This document shows, one piece after another, positions 12,411 through 24,935 of a stretch of 64,000 nucleotides of DNA (within the stretch, counting starts at the first letter, position 1; every line of letters begins with the position of its first letter). The stretch is from Rhizophagus irregularis (lineage: Eukaryota). The stretch lies in contig NC_089433.1 of NCBI RefSeq assembly GCF_026210795.1, forward strand, positions 2,232,001 to 2,296,000, in the 5' to 3' direction. Both the position numbers and the translations under genes were made by a program. The notes under the pieces were generated by a model. That model was not told the DNA's origin and searched no databases. It worked only from the letters and a program-made list of their open reading frames with translations.

Positions 12411-15400
12411 TAAAGAAAAAAATTGATTAACTTTTGTCATTTCACTTGAACATGAAAGGTTTTATAAAAATGTTTTTTTTTACAATTTCATTGAATTAGC
12501 TTTTAGCTTTTTAACATTTTATACGTGATAGTAAATTTTTCTAACGAATTTCTATATAAAAAAGATTATCAATTGATCAGATCGATAATCATAATTGATA
12601 CTGGAACTAAAAAAAAAAATAAAATTTTTTTAGTTTAAATAGACCAAATAGACCAAAATTGTATATATATAGTATATATATATATTGAATATGATAAATG
12701 TTAGAACTATATGTATATCATATGATATACTACAGCGAAATATCAAAACAGTTTTGCAGGTTTTGACAGTTTTGCAGTTTCGCATTTTATGATTTTACGA
12801 AACTAATTTTGGTAGTTTTGCATATATTACACTGCAAAACCCCTACATTTTTAGTTTAAAAAAAGAATTTTTGGTTTTTTTTATAGGTGATTTTAACTTT
12901 TAAACAGAAGGGGAAAGGATAAAAAAAAGGAAAGAACAAAGGAAAAAAATAAAGGAAATGGAAATGGAGAGAGTGAAAGGAAGGAAGAAAAATGGGAAAG
13001 TGAGAGAGAGGAAAGGAAAAATAGAAGAGTGAAAAAAGTGAAGCTTCGTTGAAAAAAAAATTTGTAAAAAAAAGATTAATCTATATCACGTGATACGCGT
13101 AATACTAATTTTGGGACATGATTTTTTTTTAACAAGTTTATATTATTACATCAAAGATAAGCCCCTAAGACTTAATATAAAAATAACAAAATCTAAATGT
13201 TTATATTCTATGTTTTTTTAATAATAAATTCAAATGTTTAATTGATATTTTTTTTTTCATAGCAATTAATAAGTATTAATTTAAAATATTTTTTAAGTGT
13301 TTTGTTAAAGTAGCAATTATGAAGTATTTAATAATTAATATTTAATTTGTAATTTATTACAATGATAAATAAATGCTTATTTTAAATACAAATAGATGTT
13401 CATGAAACATTAAGCATTCAGTAAATATAAAATTTAAGCATTTATTAAATAATTTGTGTTTGATGAATACAAGTCTAACATTTGATCAACTTCGTGATGA
13501 TGTGGTCTACAATTACCTCATTAGGAATTTTAGCAGTAACAATTCATTTTATAAAAGATGATTGGCAATTTGATCACTTTGTATTAGATGTATTGTATGT
13601 TCCTTCACCTCATACTGCTTCAGTAATTAAAGATTCAGTTGTTGAAATTATTTCAGAATTAAATATTGCAAATCGATTAATTGGAATTACCAGTGATAAT
13701 GAAGCAAAGATGTTAGCTGCAACTCGACAAATTAAAAAAACTCTTAATTTATCAGAATTTCGCCATTATCGCTGTGCAGCACATGTGTTGAATCTGGCTG
13801 TTGAGGCAGCACTTAATACAAGTATCGTTCCAAATTGTGTTAAAAAGTTACGTGCATTTATTAGTACAGTGAGAAATTCACCAAAGCAGATGGATAAGTT
13901 AAAGGAATATTTTCAAATTGAAAAAATTAAATTTAAAGCACCGCTTCCAGATTGTGCTACGAGATGGAACTATACTTTCTATATGATAGATCGAGCATTA
14001 GAAATTAAGCCTCTTTTGACTCATTTAATACCAAATTTTTCATCATTATCAAATAATTGGCCAAGTGAGGAAGAGTGGAATGTACTCACTATTCTAGCAG
14101 ATTTATTAGCTCCTTTTGCATCAGTAACAAAGGTGATATCTGCTTCTAATTACCCAACTATTGGTGAAGTTAAATTACTTTTTGAAGGTATTAGAGTTCA
14201 TTTAAATTATCCTCGAGGTGAAGATTTTATTTTACAAAACCAAATAGATGAAATGAAACATGTTTTTACAAATTATTTTGATGAAATAAATGAGGCATTA
14301 CATGTTCCAGCTTTTTTTGATCCTCGCTATAAAAAATTAGCATATAGTAATATGTCTCAAAATGATATTCTTGAACCAATTTGTAGAGCAATGGCCAATT
14401 ATGAAGAGTCAACTGATGATACTTCTATACCATATCAACCTATTCAGACTTCACAACGTCAGCTAATAAATTTATCTCCAACTGAAACACGAAATTTTTT
14501 TCGCAATTTGTTAATGCCAGATCAAACTCCACTGCCTATTTCAAATGAATTGGAATTTTATTTTAATTCCAATTCGCCAGGTGATGAAATAGTTCCTTTA
14601 GAATGGTGGAAAAACCATACTATGGAATACCCAATATTATCAAGAATGGCGCAAGATTACTTAGCAATAATGCCAACTTCTGTTCCTTGTGAACAGTTTT
14701 TTTCAATTGCAGGAAAACAATTTAGTCAAACATGTAACAGAATTGATGCTAGTACAGCACGAGCATGCTTATGCTTAAAGTCTTGATTAGAACAAAGGAA
14801 AATTGAATAAATATTAAAGACTTTTTATTTTATTCTTTTATGTAATTTTTACAATTTTCTTTTTATTCTTTTTAAAATCATGTGTATTTATTATTAAATT
14901 GATTATTAAAATTACAAAATTAACATTTATACAAAAACATGATTGCAAATAAATTATTAAATTTCAAAGTGAATTAAAATATTTTAAAAAAGCTGCTAAT
15001 GAAAAGAAATGAAAAAATATTATTAATAATAATTAGTGTCCATTTATAAAATGAAACCCATTCTTAAAAAAAGTGAAGTATTAAATTGAAAAATCCTCCT
15101 TTACACATAAACATAAATGAGTGAAATAAGTTAATGAAAATATGTCAAATTCGTTACTTTTGTTTCTTTTTTTAAGAGTTTTATATATAAAATGCTTGGA
15201 AGAAGGCTATCTTTTTTTTTGGATTTTTCAATAGGCGTGTAAGTGGGAAAAATGATTGTTTTGGTAATTTTGGCCGGCATTACGACATTAAGAAATTATA
15301 GTAAGAATTTGACAATCATGATGTAGATCAATTTATTTATCGTTTTGTGAGTTAGTTTTTATAAAGATCATCATTAGATTATTAGATTAATAACGTTATT

Positions 15401-15439
15401 ATTATAAAAATCACTTATATATATAAAGACTGATACAAA

Positions 15440-15852
15440 GACTGGGTCAGTCTCAGGACCGGTCCTACTGCGTCAAGTAAAAATGAAAGACCGCGGTCCG
15501 GTCCTACAAGTCCTACACTGGTAAAAAAATGATTTATCCTACACATATCTTACACATATTGGGTACTCAAAATGTAGAAAATCATACACAAATAATACAC
15601 ATATCATACACATATCGGGTACTAATATATATATCATACATATATCAGGTACCTGATAGGTATACTATATATATAAGTACCCGATATGTGTATGATATGT
15701 GTATTATTTGTGTATGATTTTCTACATTTTGAGTACCCGATATATGTAAGATATGTGTAGGATATGTGTAGGATAAACCATTTTTTTACCAATGCTTAGG
15801 ACTGACCGATGCAGGGAGGAAGTAGGACCGGTAGGACCGATGACCATCTTTA
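15440..15852 (+). mobile_element. Probable right end of the hAT element (GGACC/GGTCC subterminal repeats, terminus GACCATCTTTA)
   Basis: Clustered GGACCG/CGGTCC motifs downstream of the transposase; the reverse complement TAAAGATGGTC resembles TAGAGATG-type hAT TIRs. I did not find the matching left TIR. Confidence 0.55.
15516..15794. mobile_element. Fold-back MITE, 279 bp, CACTG terminus (CMC/CACTA-like)
   Basis: CACTGGTAAAAAAA ... TTTTTTTACCAATG; nearly the whole element is a palindrome centred on ATCAGGTACCTGAT. Confidence 0.85.
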
Positions 15853-15854
15853 CA

Positions 15855-16320
15855 TTGTTATCTTCTCCTTTTTATTTCCTTATTGTTATTCTCCTTCTTT
15901 TTTAATTTTTCCTCTTTCTTTTTGCCTTTTCATTAGTTTTCCTTTTTTATACCTTTTTTTTCGTTTCTTTTGTCTTCTTTTCCTTTTTGCCTTCTGATTT
16001 TTTTTTCCTTTCTTTTTTGCTTCTCTTTGTTTTTTCCTTTTTTTTTGTTCTTTTTGTTTTACTCCTTTCTTCATTATTATTTTTCTCACTTTTCACCTTT
16101 TCGTTATTATTTTTTTCTTTTCATTTTTCCATCATTTTTCCCTTTTTTTTATTTTCTTTCATTCTTTTCATTTCTTTTTACTTTTTTTTATCCTTTTCAA
16201 TCCATCTTTACATTTTTTGTTTTCTTTTCACCCTTTTCATTCTTTTTAATCATTTCTTTATTTTTTATGTTACTTTATTCCTTGCTTTATAATTTTTTTT
16301 ATTTAGATTTCTCATCTTAC
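15855..16320. repeat. T-rich low-complexity tract
   Basis: Almost purely T/C on the + strand; generates spurious F/L-rich and K-rich ORFs. Confidence 0.8.
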
Positions 16321-16398
16321 TGTTAAAAAATGAACATTTTTAATTAATAAAATATGTAAACTCTTAAATTAATAAATTGTTTTAAGGCGATTTCTATT

Positions 16399-19300
16399 TG
16401 TACACGTAGTGTGTGGACACGTATCACGTGACTTAATATATTTTATATCATGTGACTTTAAACTGCGATCAATTTTTATTATGTAAAATCAATTAACCAA
16501 TTACAATAAAATGCGCCTAAATAAATGCGCGCCTAAATAAATGCGCCTAAATGTTAATTAACATTTTGACATGTCTTCGCGTAATGCCCATACTGCTTAC
16601 ATTTACTGCACTTTTGACCTTTTGTATCATTTGTAAAGTCTTCTACAATATTTGAAGTATTGTTGTCTTCTATTACATTACTATTGCTAACATCTTTTAG
16701 AACCCATTTTTCTCTATTTAAAACTTTTCAATGCTTGATATTAGCCTTTTCGGTGGCCGACCCTTATGCTTAATAACAACGGGATTAATAACATCAGTAA
16801 AGTTTTCCGGTTCCAGTCCGCTCTTTACATCATAAATAAAGGCCTTGAAAATATTTAACAATTCTTGTTGCTTATCACTTTTAAGGGCACAGTCAATAGC
16901 CTTTTTCGATAATCCAGCCAATTCTGCGTACATAGCTTTAGGCGAGTTTACGGCTGGTTGGGATGGTTGAGAGCCGTGTGAATCAATCTGAATAGAAAAG
17001 AAATGTTGGAAAGTGATAGGATTTTTGAATGGTATGTTATCTTCCGATTGTATCTTATCACATACTGGGATAAAAGAATATTGTTGTAGGAGATCGTTCG
17101 GTTCAACATCAGGATTTATATACCATCGATTCGGAATCATACATATGTGGAAGGTGGCGAATCTAGAGTAGGTACCAACACAGAAAAAGTGCCGACATAC
17201 CAATCCCTTATTAATTAAAAGAAGATAAGTGCATAAATGCGTGCCTTCATTGAGTAGAATTACGTAATGTCTGATTCTCCGTATGCCGGTCGCTCGTACG
17301 TTCCATACTTCGAGGATTGCTTCCATCGGTATAGTTGAAACCAACGATCGCAAAAGGATTTGTCTTGTATCTTGCTCTTGTTCTCTGATTCTTATACTTA
17401 TTTCTTCATTATCGGTTTCTATCTATAATCGTAGGAAACGTAGAAATCGATCAAAAACAATGAGATTAGTAGATCCAAATTTTGTAACTTGCCCTTCGCA
17501 AGGTTATATCCTATCTCGAATAAATTTCGAAATGATTATCTACCTCCATCAAATGACGCCAATCCGTGATCTGACTAATATCATAACACACAGATTGATT
17601 CATTTGACTTCTTTATTTCCCGAGCATTGTTGGAGTTAAAAATTCTTTGATAATAACATCCACTTGATTGAAGAATCTGGTATTCAGCATCGGCATACCA
17701 ACCGTTGGTAAGGCATCTCGTTCAATTTCGAATTGCTCGAAATGTTCGTCATTCTTAACGTGATCATTAATACTAACCAACAGATTGCATAACGATGTAG
17801 AACGATCTACTTTGCCGTGCATATGACTATTTATAGATTCAATTCGCTGTGTGCTTTGAGCACTGGCGGTAAATCTGTTACGAATCCAAGGTACCGCCCA
17901 CGAATTCTTAGTACTATACAGGGTATCAGTCAAGTACTTAACCGCTACTGGATATTGTTTAACTAATTGTTTCCATCGAAGTTCGAATAATTCTTCGCAA
18001 AGAGAATTCCAACATACATAAAATTTACGATGGAATTCCTTGAACTGACTACCTAGATTTCCTTTAAGCTTTTTCCGAAGGTTCAGATCTATATGAAATA
18101 TGCACAGCAGGTGCAGAGCATTGGAATAATATCCTTGATCGAACGAACCAAAGAAGGATCGGAATCAGAAAAAATGACTCCCGGAGAAACACCCGTTTCG
18201 TTAAATATACTATCGAATATCCACCGATAAGTATCTAGTATTTCGTCCTCAATTATTGCGCACGCTACGATCCTGGTTTTGTAGTTATTATCGATTATGG
18301 TTACGATACAAAGGATCATTTGAAATCAGTTTGTGTTATAGGTGCTATCAACTATAACGACATCATTGTGCTTACTATATAACTCTCTTTGTGTAGGTGA
18401 CATCCATAAAAAAGAAATCAACCTCCTCGAGATTGGATCTAATCGAGTCTTTACAACCCAAAGCGGCTCCAAGTTCTTCCAGTCCATCAATCGTTGGAGC
18501 ATCTGAGGGGTATCCTCATCTCCCAGATTATGTTTTTGTCGAAACTGATAAACCGCGTTATACAATTTTTTTTTGTGAATAGGCTGATCTGGATAGTCAT
18601 GCCTTAATAGGGGATATATAGATACCGAATCCATTCGCCCTTTAATGACGTACTTCTCTATATCAGCCAACATTTCCTTTGTCAACTTCCGAAACTGCGG
18701 AGCTATTTTTTGAATTATCGGGATAAGCAGATGATTATGTTCGTTATTAAACGAGTTTACTTTTACAACTCCTGTTTTCGGATGAGTGACGTTAAGTTTC
18801 CAAGGGCATAGTATTTGTTGGGAATAAGCATTGCGTTGCTTTGTTGAATCCGATGTAGTTTGTGGATTATGAGACCCAGATTTTGCGCATTCGTAAGTGG
18901 CCCTTCGCATTACACCTTGAATAGTTTCACTTGTTCTGATCTTATAACTGAAACCCTCTTTTGACGCAAACCTATGTAACCAACTTTTGAAGTCTTCCCA
19001 GTCGGTAAAAGTAAGCTCAGAGGTTAATTCCAAAGAATCGGATGGCTCATCTGGTCTATCAGACTCATCTGTTTCGTCATCAATGAATGATTTCGGGTCC
19101 ATATCATTATCAACGAATGATTTTGGGTCTATTACATTATCAACAAATGAATTTGAGTTCGTTTCATTAAGCTGTTAGGCTGATTCTTTAATTAGATGAT
19201 TGATAACAAATAAGATAGAAGAAACATATACAACAAAGATAGAGAAAACATATATAACGAAGGAAAGAGGGAACATGTAACAGAAGATAGAGAAAACATA

Positions 19301-19590
19301 ACGATATACAACAGAAGAAAATTATGTAAGTTATATTGAAAGCGAAGCATCATATTGTTCACCATAACTAACATTTTCTTGTTCTGTTTTATTCATCTTG
19401 ATTATACCAAAAGGTTAGATAAAAAGCAAGAGAGAAGAACAATTGTAATTTTAACAATAGGACCTTATGACTATGACGTAAATAATTCCATCGTATGACG
19501 TAAATAAATGTATCGCTATTGGCGCAGCAGCTATATTTATCATGACGCGAACATATATCACGTGGTACATGTCTACACACTACGTGTACA
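16399..19590 (-). mobile_element. Mutator-like element (MULE), about 3.2 kb
   Basis: TIR TGTACACGTAGTGTGTGGACACGTATCACGTGA ... TCACGTGGTACATGTCTACACACTACGTGTACA flanking a FAR1/MULE transposase; TSD not clean. Confidence 0.9.
16554..19400 (-). pseudogene. MULE transposase pseudogene (FAR1 DNA-binding, MULE DDE, SWIM, C-terminal CCHC knuckle)
   Basis: FNNEHNH, DVVIVDSTYNTN*FQM, FSDSD, STQRIESIN, CTYLLLINKGLVCRHFF, HKGRP, CSKCKQYGHYAKTC; several in-frame stops and at least one frameshift. 5' end approximate. Confidence 0.9.
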
Positions 19591-19604
19591 TTTATAAATT
19601 TTCT

Positions 19605-20094
19605 ATTTAAAATATACTTAATTTAAAAATTGCAAAATACTTAAAATATATTTTTAATAGTATATCTAAAATATACTTAAAATTATCTTAAAACATATGT
19701 CTAATATATTTAATTTTTGCCCATATACTTAAAATATATTTAAATTATATTTGAATTAAAATTTAAGTATATTATAAGACTATTATAAGTATATTTTTTA
19801 TGTATTTAAAATATACTTAAAATATATTATAGAATATATTATAAGTATATTTTAAGTATGTAAAAAATATATTTATAATATACTTAAATTTTGATTTAAG
19901 TATAATTTAAGTATATTTTAAGTATTTTGGCAAAAATTAAATATATTAGAAATATATTTTAAGATAATTTTAAATACATTTTAAGTATATTATAAGTATT
20001 TCGCAATTTTTAAATTAAATATATTTTAAGTATAATTTAAATATATTTTAAAAAGTTTTTAATTATATTTTAAATATAAATACTTTTTATAGGG
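19605..20094. repeat. AT-rich fold-back palindrome, probably a truncated MITE
   Basis: Mirror arms TTTAAAAATTGCAAAATACTTA / TAAGTATTTCGCAATTTTTAAA with AATATACTTA subrepeats; one terminus TTTTTATAGGG. Confidence 0.65.
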
Positions 20095-20576
20095 TATACC
20101 TGTAAGCCTACGAACATCTCCAATCAGCCTAAACCTATTAGAAGGTAAACTATTGCTAAGACATTGCACTTGAGACTTTACCATCTATGAGGACCATCTG
20201 GCGTAGTAAACCTCCACAGTAAAGTTTACCACACCCTTAGTGGTATTGTAGAGTGACCACCAAGACAAGAGCTCACCTAGATGGTATGCAAGCAGTGACC
20301 ATCCAGACAGGACAATAGAAGGACACCGATGGCCGCCATAGGGAATAGAGGAGGGATCTGTGTGTCATTTCATTAAAATATGCCGCCGACCGGTATATAC
20401 TAATTCATCATGATGCAGTCCAGCCTACACTAATCCCTGTACCTTCACACTATTGGTAGTAGTATCTGCAGTAAAATTCTTTTAATTTTTGTTATCGGCA
20501 GAATCGAACCTGCGACCTCACCATACTCAGGCTTCACGAGGGGACTCACGGACTAACCAATGAGCCAAGGGTAATC
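20095..20576 (-). mobile_element. tRNA-derived SINE-like element
   Basis: Minus-strand A box TGGCTCATTGG (20557-20567) and B box GGTTCGATTC (20501-20510) within the T-arm hairpin GCAGG-TTCGAT-TCTGC. Acceptor and anticodon arms are degenerate; about 400 bp of GC-richer body follows. Confidence 0.7.
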
Positions 20577-20732
20577 AACCCATATAGAATTTTATTTTTA
20601 CTTTTATTTTTTATTTTTTTTTATTTTTTGTTATTTTTTCTTTTAAATCAACTTTTGAGTTAGATTTAGCACAATTATATTATATAGATAGAACTTACAG
20701 TAGGGGTTTAATCATCTACATTGGATTATGGA

Positions 20733-23362
20733 TAGTGTTTCGAATGGATCAAATCAGATCGGATTTGAGATGAATCCGATCTGATCCGAATTCAGATCAA
20801 AAAAAGTTGGATTTGATCCGATCTGAATTCAGATCAAAAATAATTGGATCCGATCCGATCTGAATCTGAAATGAGCTTGATTCGATTCGGTCTGAATCCA
20901 ATTCAGATAAAACTGATCCAGTCCGAATCCGATCCAAATCAGAAGTTAAAAAAACGTTTCACAACGTTTTTTAAAGATTTATTTAATAAAAACGTTGCGA
21001 AACATTTTTTATTTCAATTTAAACGAAAAAAAACCGTTGCAAAACGTGTTTTTAATGAATTTAATAAAAACTGTTTTGCAACAGTTTTTTAAATCATTTT
21101 AATATAAACCGTTGCGAAATGATTTATTTAACTAAAAAGAACTATTTTGCAACAGTTTTTTTAAATTGTTTTAGTATAAACTATTGCGAAACGGTTTATT
21201 TAATTAAAAAGAACCATTTCGCAATGGTTTTTTAAAATATTTTAATATAAACCGTTGCGAAATGGTTTATTTAATTAAAAAGAACCGTTTTGCAACGGTT
21301 TTTTTTAATGATTTTAATGTAAACTGTTGCGAAATGGTTTATTTAACTAAAAAACCGTTTTGCAACAGTTTATTTAACTAAAAAAACCGTTTTGCAACAG
21401 TTTATTTAACTAAAAAAACCGTTTTGCAACAGTTTATTTAACTAAAAAAACCGTTTTGCAACAGTTTATTTAACTAAAAAAACCGTTTTGCAACAGTTTA
21501 TTTAACTAAAAAAACTGTTTTGCAACAGTTTATTTAACTAAAAAAACTGTTTTGCAACAGTTTATTTAACTAAAAACACCATTTCGCAACGGTTTATTTA
21601 ACTAAAAACACCATTTCGCAACGGTTTATTTAACTAAAAACACCATTTCGCAACGGTTTATTTAACTAAAAACACCATTTCGCAACGGTTTATTTAACTA
21701 AAAACACCATTTCGCAACGGTTTATTTAACTAAAAAAACCATTTCGCAACGGTTTATTTAACTAAAAAAACCGTTTCGCAACGGTTTATTTAACTAAAAA
21801 AACCGTTTCGCAACGGTTTATTTAACTAAAAAAACCGTTTCGCAACGGTTTATTTAACTAAAAAAACCGTTTCGCAACGGTTTATTTAACTAAAAAAACC
21901 ATTTCGCAACGGTTTATTTAACTAAAAAAACCATTTCGCAACGGTTTATTTAACTAAAAAAACCATTTCGCAACGGTTTATTTAACTAAAAAAACCATTT
22001 CGCAACGGTTTTTTTAACGATTTTAATATAAACCATTATGAAACTGTTTATTTAACTAAAAAGAACCGTTTCGCAACAGTTCTTTTAATTGTTTCAATAT
22101 AAACCATTGTGAAATGGTTTATTTAATTAAAAAGAACCATTTCGCAACGGTTTTTTTAATTGTTTTAATATAAACCGTTGCAAAACGATTTATTTAACTA
22201 AAAAAACCATTTCGCAACGGTTTTTTAATTGTTTTAATATAAACCGTTGCGAAACGGTTTATTTAACTAAAAAGAACCGTTTTGCAACGGTTCTTTTTAT
22301 TGTTTCAATATAAACTGTTGCAAAACGGTTTATTTAACTAAAAAAACCATTTCACAACGGTTTATTTAACTAAAAAAACTGTTTCACAACAGTTTTTTTA
22401 ACGATTTTAATATAAACCATTGCAAAACGGTTTATTTAACTAAAAAAACCATTTCGCAACGGTTTTTTTAACGATTTTAATATAAACCGTTGCAAAATGG
22501 TTTATTTAACTAAAAAGAACCATTTTGCAACGGTTCTTTTAATTGTTTCAATATAAACCATTGCGAAATGGTTTATTTAACTAAAAAGAACCATTTCGCA
22601 ACGGTTCTTTTAATTGTTTCAATATAAACTGTTGCGAAACGGTTTATTTAACTAAAAAAACTATTTCACAACGGTTTTTTTAATGATTTTAATATAAACT
22701 ATTGCGAAACGGTTTATTTAACTAAAAAGAACCATTTTGCAACAGTTCTTTTAATTGTTTCAATATAAACCATTGCAAAATGGTTTATTTAATTAAAAAA
22801 AACCATTTTGCAACAGTTTTTTTAATTGTTTTAATATAAACCAGTGCGAAACGGTTTATTTAACTAAAAAGAACCATTGCGAAACGGTTTATTTAACTAA
22901 AAAGAACTATTGCGAAATGGTTTATTTAACTAAAAAGAACCGTTTCACAACGGTTCTTTTAATTGTTTTAATATAAACCGTTGCGAAACGGTTTATTTAA
23001 TTAAAAAGAACCATTTCACAACGGTTTTTTAAAATATTTTAATATAAACCGTTGCGAAATGGTTTATTTAATTAAAAATAACTGTTTCACAATGGTTTTT
23101 TATTGTCTTAATAAAAAACGTTGCGCAAAACGTTTTTTATTTTCTAAGATTCAGATCCGATCCGGATCCGATCCGAATCTGTTTGAATCTAATTCAATTC
23201 AATCCGATTTGAATGAATAACTGATCTGATTCGATTCGATCCAAAACGGATCAAATTTTTTTGATTCAGATCGAATCACGGATCATAAAAAAGCTGATCC
23301 GATCTGATCCGTTTCGGATCAGATCCGCGGATATGACGGATCAGATTTTTTTCGGAACACTA
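20733..23362. mobile_element. Non-autonomous hAT element, 2630 bp, filled with a minisatellite
   Basis: TIR TAGTGTTYCGAA; perfect 8-bp TSD ATTATGGA (20725-20732, 23363-23370); GATCC/GGATC pentamer subterminal repeats. Confidence 0.95.
20950..23140. repeat. Palindromic 32-bp minisatellite
   Basis: Unit CCGTTTCGCAACGGTTTATTTAACTAAAAAAA, period 32 (e.g. 21771 and 21803). About 20 head-to-tail copies at 21350-22010, with alternating-orientation units in the flanks. Confidence 0.95.
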
Positions 23363-24794
23363 ATTATGGAGATTATTAGTGTTTGGCTATTATCGTTATG
23401 CATTTGAACATCCGATAGTTTATACTATACCTGATGCTAACATTCAAACTTCTACATGTAAATGGAACCTCCTTAGTACCTCATTAGAAAAATCCAATAA
23501 GCGTACGGACTTTCTTAACTGCAGCTAATTGGTTTTGTTAATTAATGTTGTGTTCGTAAGATCCTACAACTTGGTTAGAGTGGAATGCACAACACTGGTT
23601 CTAGTCAAAAGTACCAAGAAGGGACGATCTGAATATTTGATTTTACTTACTTTACAGGAACTTATAATAATTTTTCTTTTTTGATTATGATGTAGTGGAT
23701 CCTATGATAACTTTGTGAAGAAAGAGAGATATTTACGCTAAGATAGGAAGTTTAAAGCTCTCCTTACTCTCTGAGCAAAAGTAATCACCTGACAGTGCAC
23801 ACGTAGGATTCTTTTATGCATTAGTAGTTAATGATATTAAATAGTTATTTTACTTATTTAGAGTTTTATACAATTGTAATTGGCTTTAATTTTATTATTT
23901 AATAAACTATCAAATACATTGTGGTTTAAAAAAAAAAAAAAATCTATTTTTTTTTAGCACCAAGTTTCCAAAAAAAAATAATTGTGACATATAAATCATG
24001 TGATAGGAGGAAAAAATTTTCCTTTCCTTCCTTTGTTAAAATTAGCAATACTTTAGTAATAAAATGCATTTTTAGTAATAACTTGGTTAATATTAATACT
24101 AAAAATACAATTTTATTACTATTAGATTTATTTTATTAAAACAAATTTAACTGATGAATCTAAATTCATTAAATTCAATTATTGAATTACTTAAAAATAG
24201 AGTATATAAGATAAGAAATTTTGAAGATATTCTTAAAATGTGTTAATTGTACTAATTTTTTAGTGTAATTTTACTATTTTAGTCAAATAAAATTGATTTT
24301 TTTATTAATTGAAAGTTGTTTAATAAGATTAAAACTATTTATATATTAATTTTTATAAATATAAATATTTATAAACAATGTCTTATTATTTTTCTGTTTA
24401 GAATATAATTACTTTGATTAAATGAAATCAACTTTTTATAGTTTAAATTTCGTCTAATAGTATACATGTGGCCTGATGTGGGATCCTTTATTAGATGACG
24501 AATGGTTCAGTAGTTAATAAATTAATATAGGTTTTATGTTGTATCATGTATATAATATTGATATACTACTTATTTTAATAATTTGTTGAATATGCTGCAG
24601 CAATTCAAAAAAAAAAATCAACTTTTTTTATTATAATTAATTCTCTATATAGTTACTTTCTTTAAAATTAAAAAAAATTAATATGATCATAAAAATACTA
24701 TATCTGATATAATATAACAGAATTCCACTTATTTATAATAAAAATTACTATAAAAAATTGGCTATTTACTAATAATTTTACCTTATTTTTTTCT

Positions 24795-24935
24795 TAAATT
24801 CTATTAGTTAATTAGTTAAAAAGGAAAAAAATCATAACAATATAATATAAAATTTTCTTTTATAGTAAGATTTGCAAAGAATTTTATATATGATTTTTAC
24901 TTTAGGTACAAGTGGAATCTTATCTTATAAGTAAG
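24795..24935 (+). repeat. Dispersed repeat family copy (others near 25430-25800 inverted, 40410-40575, 42905-43105)
   Basis: Shared CTATTRGTYAATTRRYYWAAAAGGAAAAAAATCATAA ... TTTTACTTTA ... ATCTTATAAGTAA blocks. Confidence 0.7.

Larger units (their letters stand above)
9642..13499. mobile_element. Non-autonomous TIR element (YATCACGAAGTT termini, 2-bp AT TSD) inserted in the hAT transposase
   Basis: TATCACGAAGTT (9642-9653) and AACTTCGTGATG (13488-13499); AT duplicated at 9640-9641 and 13500-13501; AAGCATT/AATGCTT subterminal motifs at both ends; clean empty-site reconstruction. Confidence 0.88.
8983..14810 (+). pseudogene. hAT transposase (BED zinc finger, RNase H core, hATC dimerisation domain) split by a 3.86-kb insertion
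   Basis: BED motif VWKHF..CKIC..TTTLERHLKSKH, then ISLTMD|MWST, SDN, CAAHVLNL, TRWN, WWK..YPILSRMAQDYLAIMPTSVPCEQFFS. Removing 9642-13499 plus one AT restores the frame. TGA at 14784-14786 lies where CLKSW is expected. Confidence 0.92.

Noticed and set aside
15809..16326. Four overlapping F/L-rich or K-rich ORFs
   Set aside because: Artefacts of a T-rich low-complexity tract.
20345..20445. Canonical hammerhead ribozyme
   Set aside because: Core is AUGAUGA rather than CUGAUGA, and no stem III/NUH arrangement fits; kept only as a generic structured domain.
20491..20576. Functional tRNA gene
   Set aside because: Acceptor stem pairs poorly and no anticodon arm can be drawn; treated as a SINE head.
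20950..23140. CRISPR-like array of palindromic 32-bp repeats
   Set aside because: No unique spacers and no cas genes; eukaryotic context; enclosed by hAT TIRs and a TSD. It is a minisatellite.
23370..23945. Possible retroelement 3' end with an A tract
   Set aside because: No TSD or ORF remnant identified.
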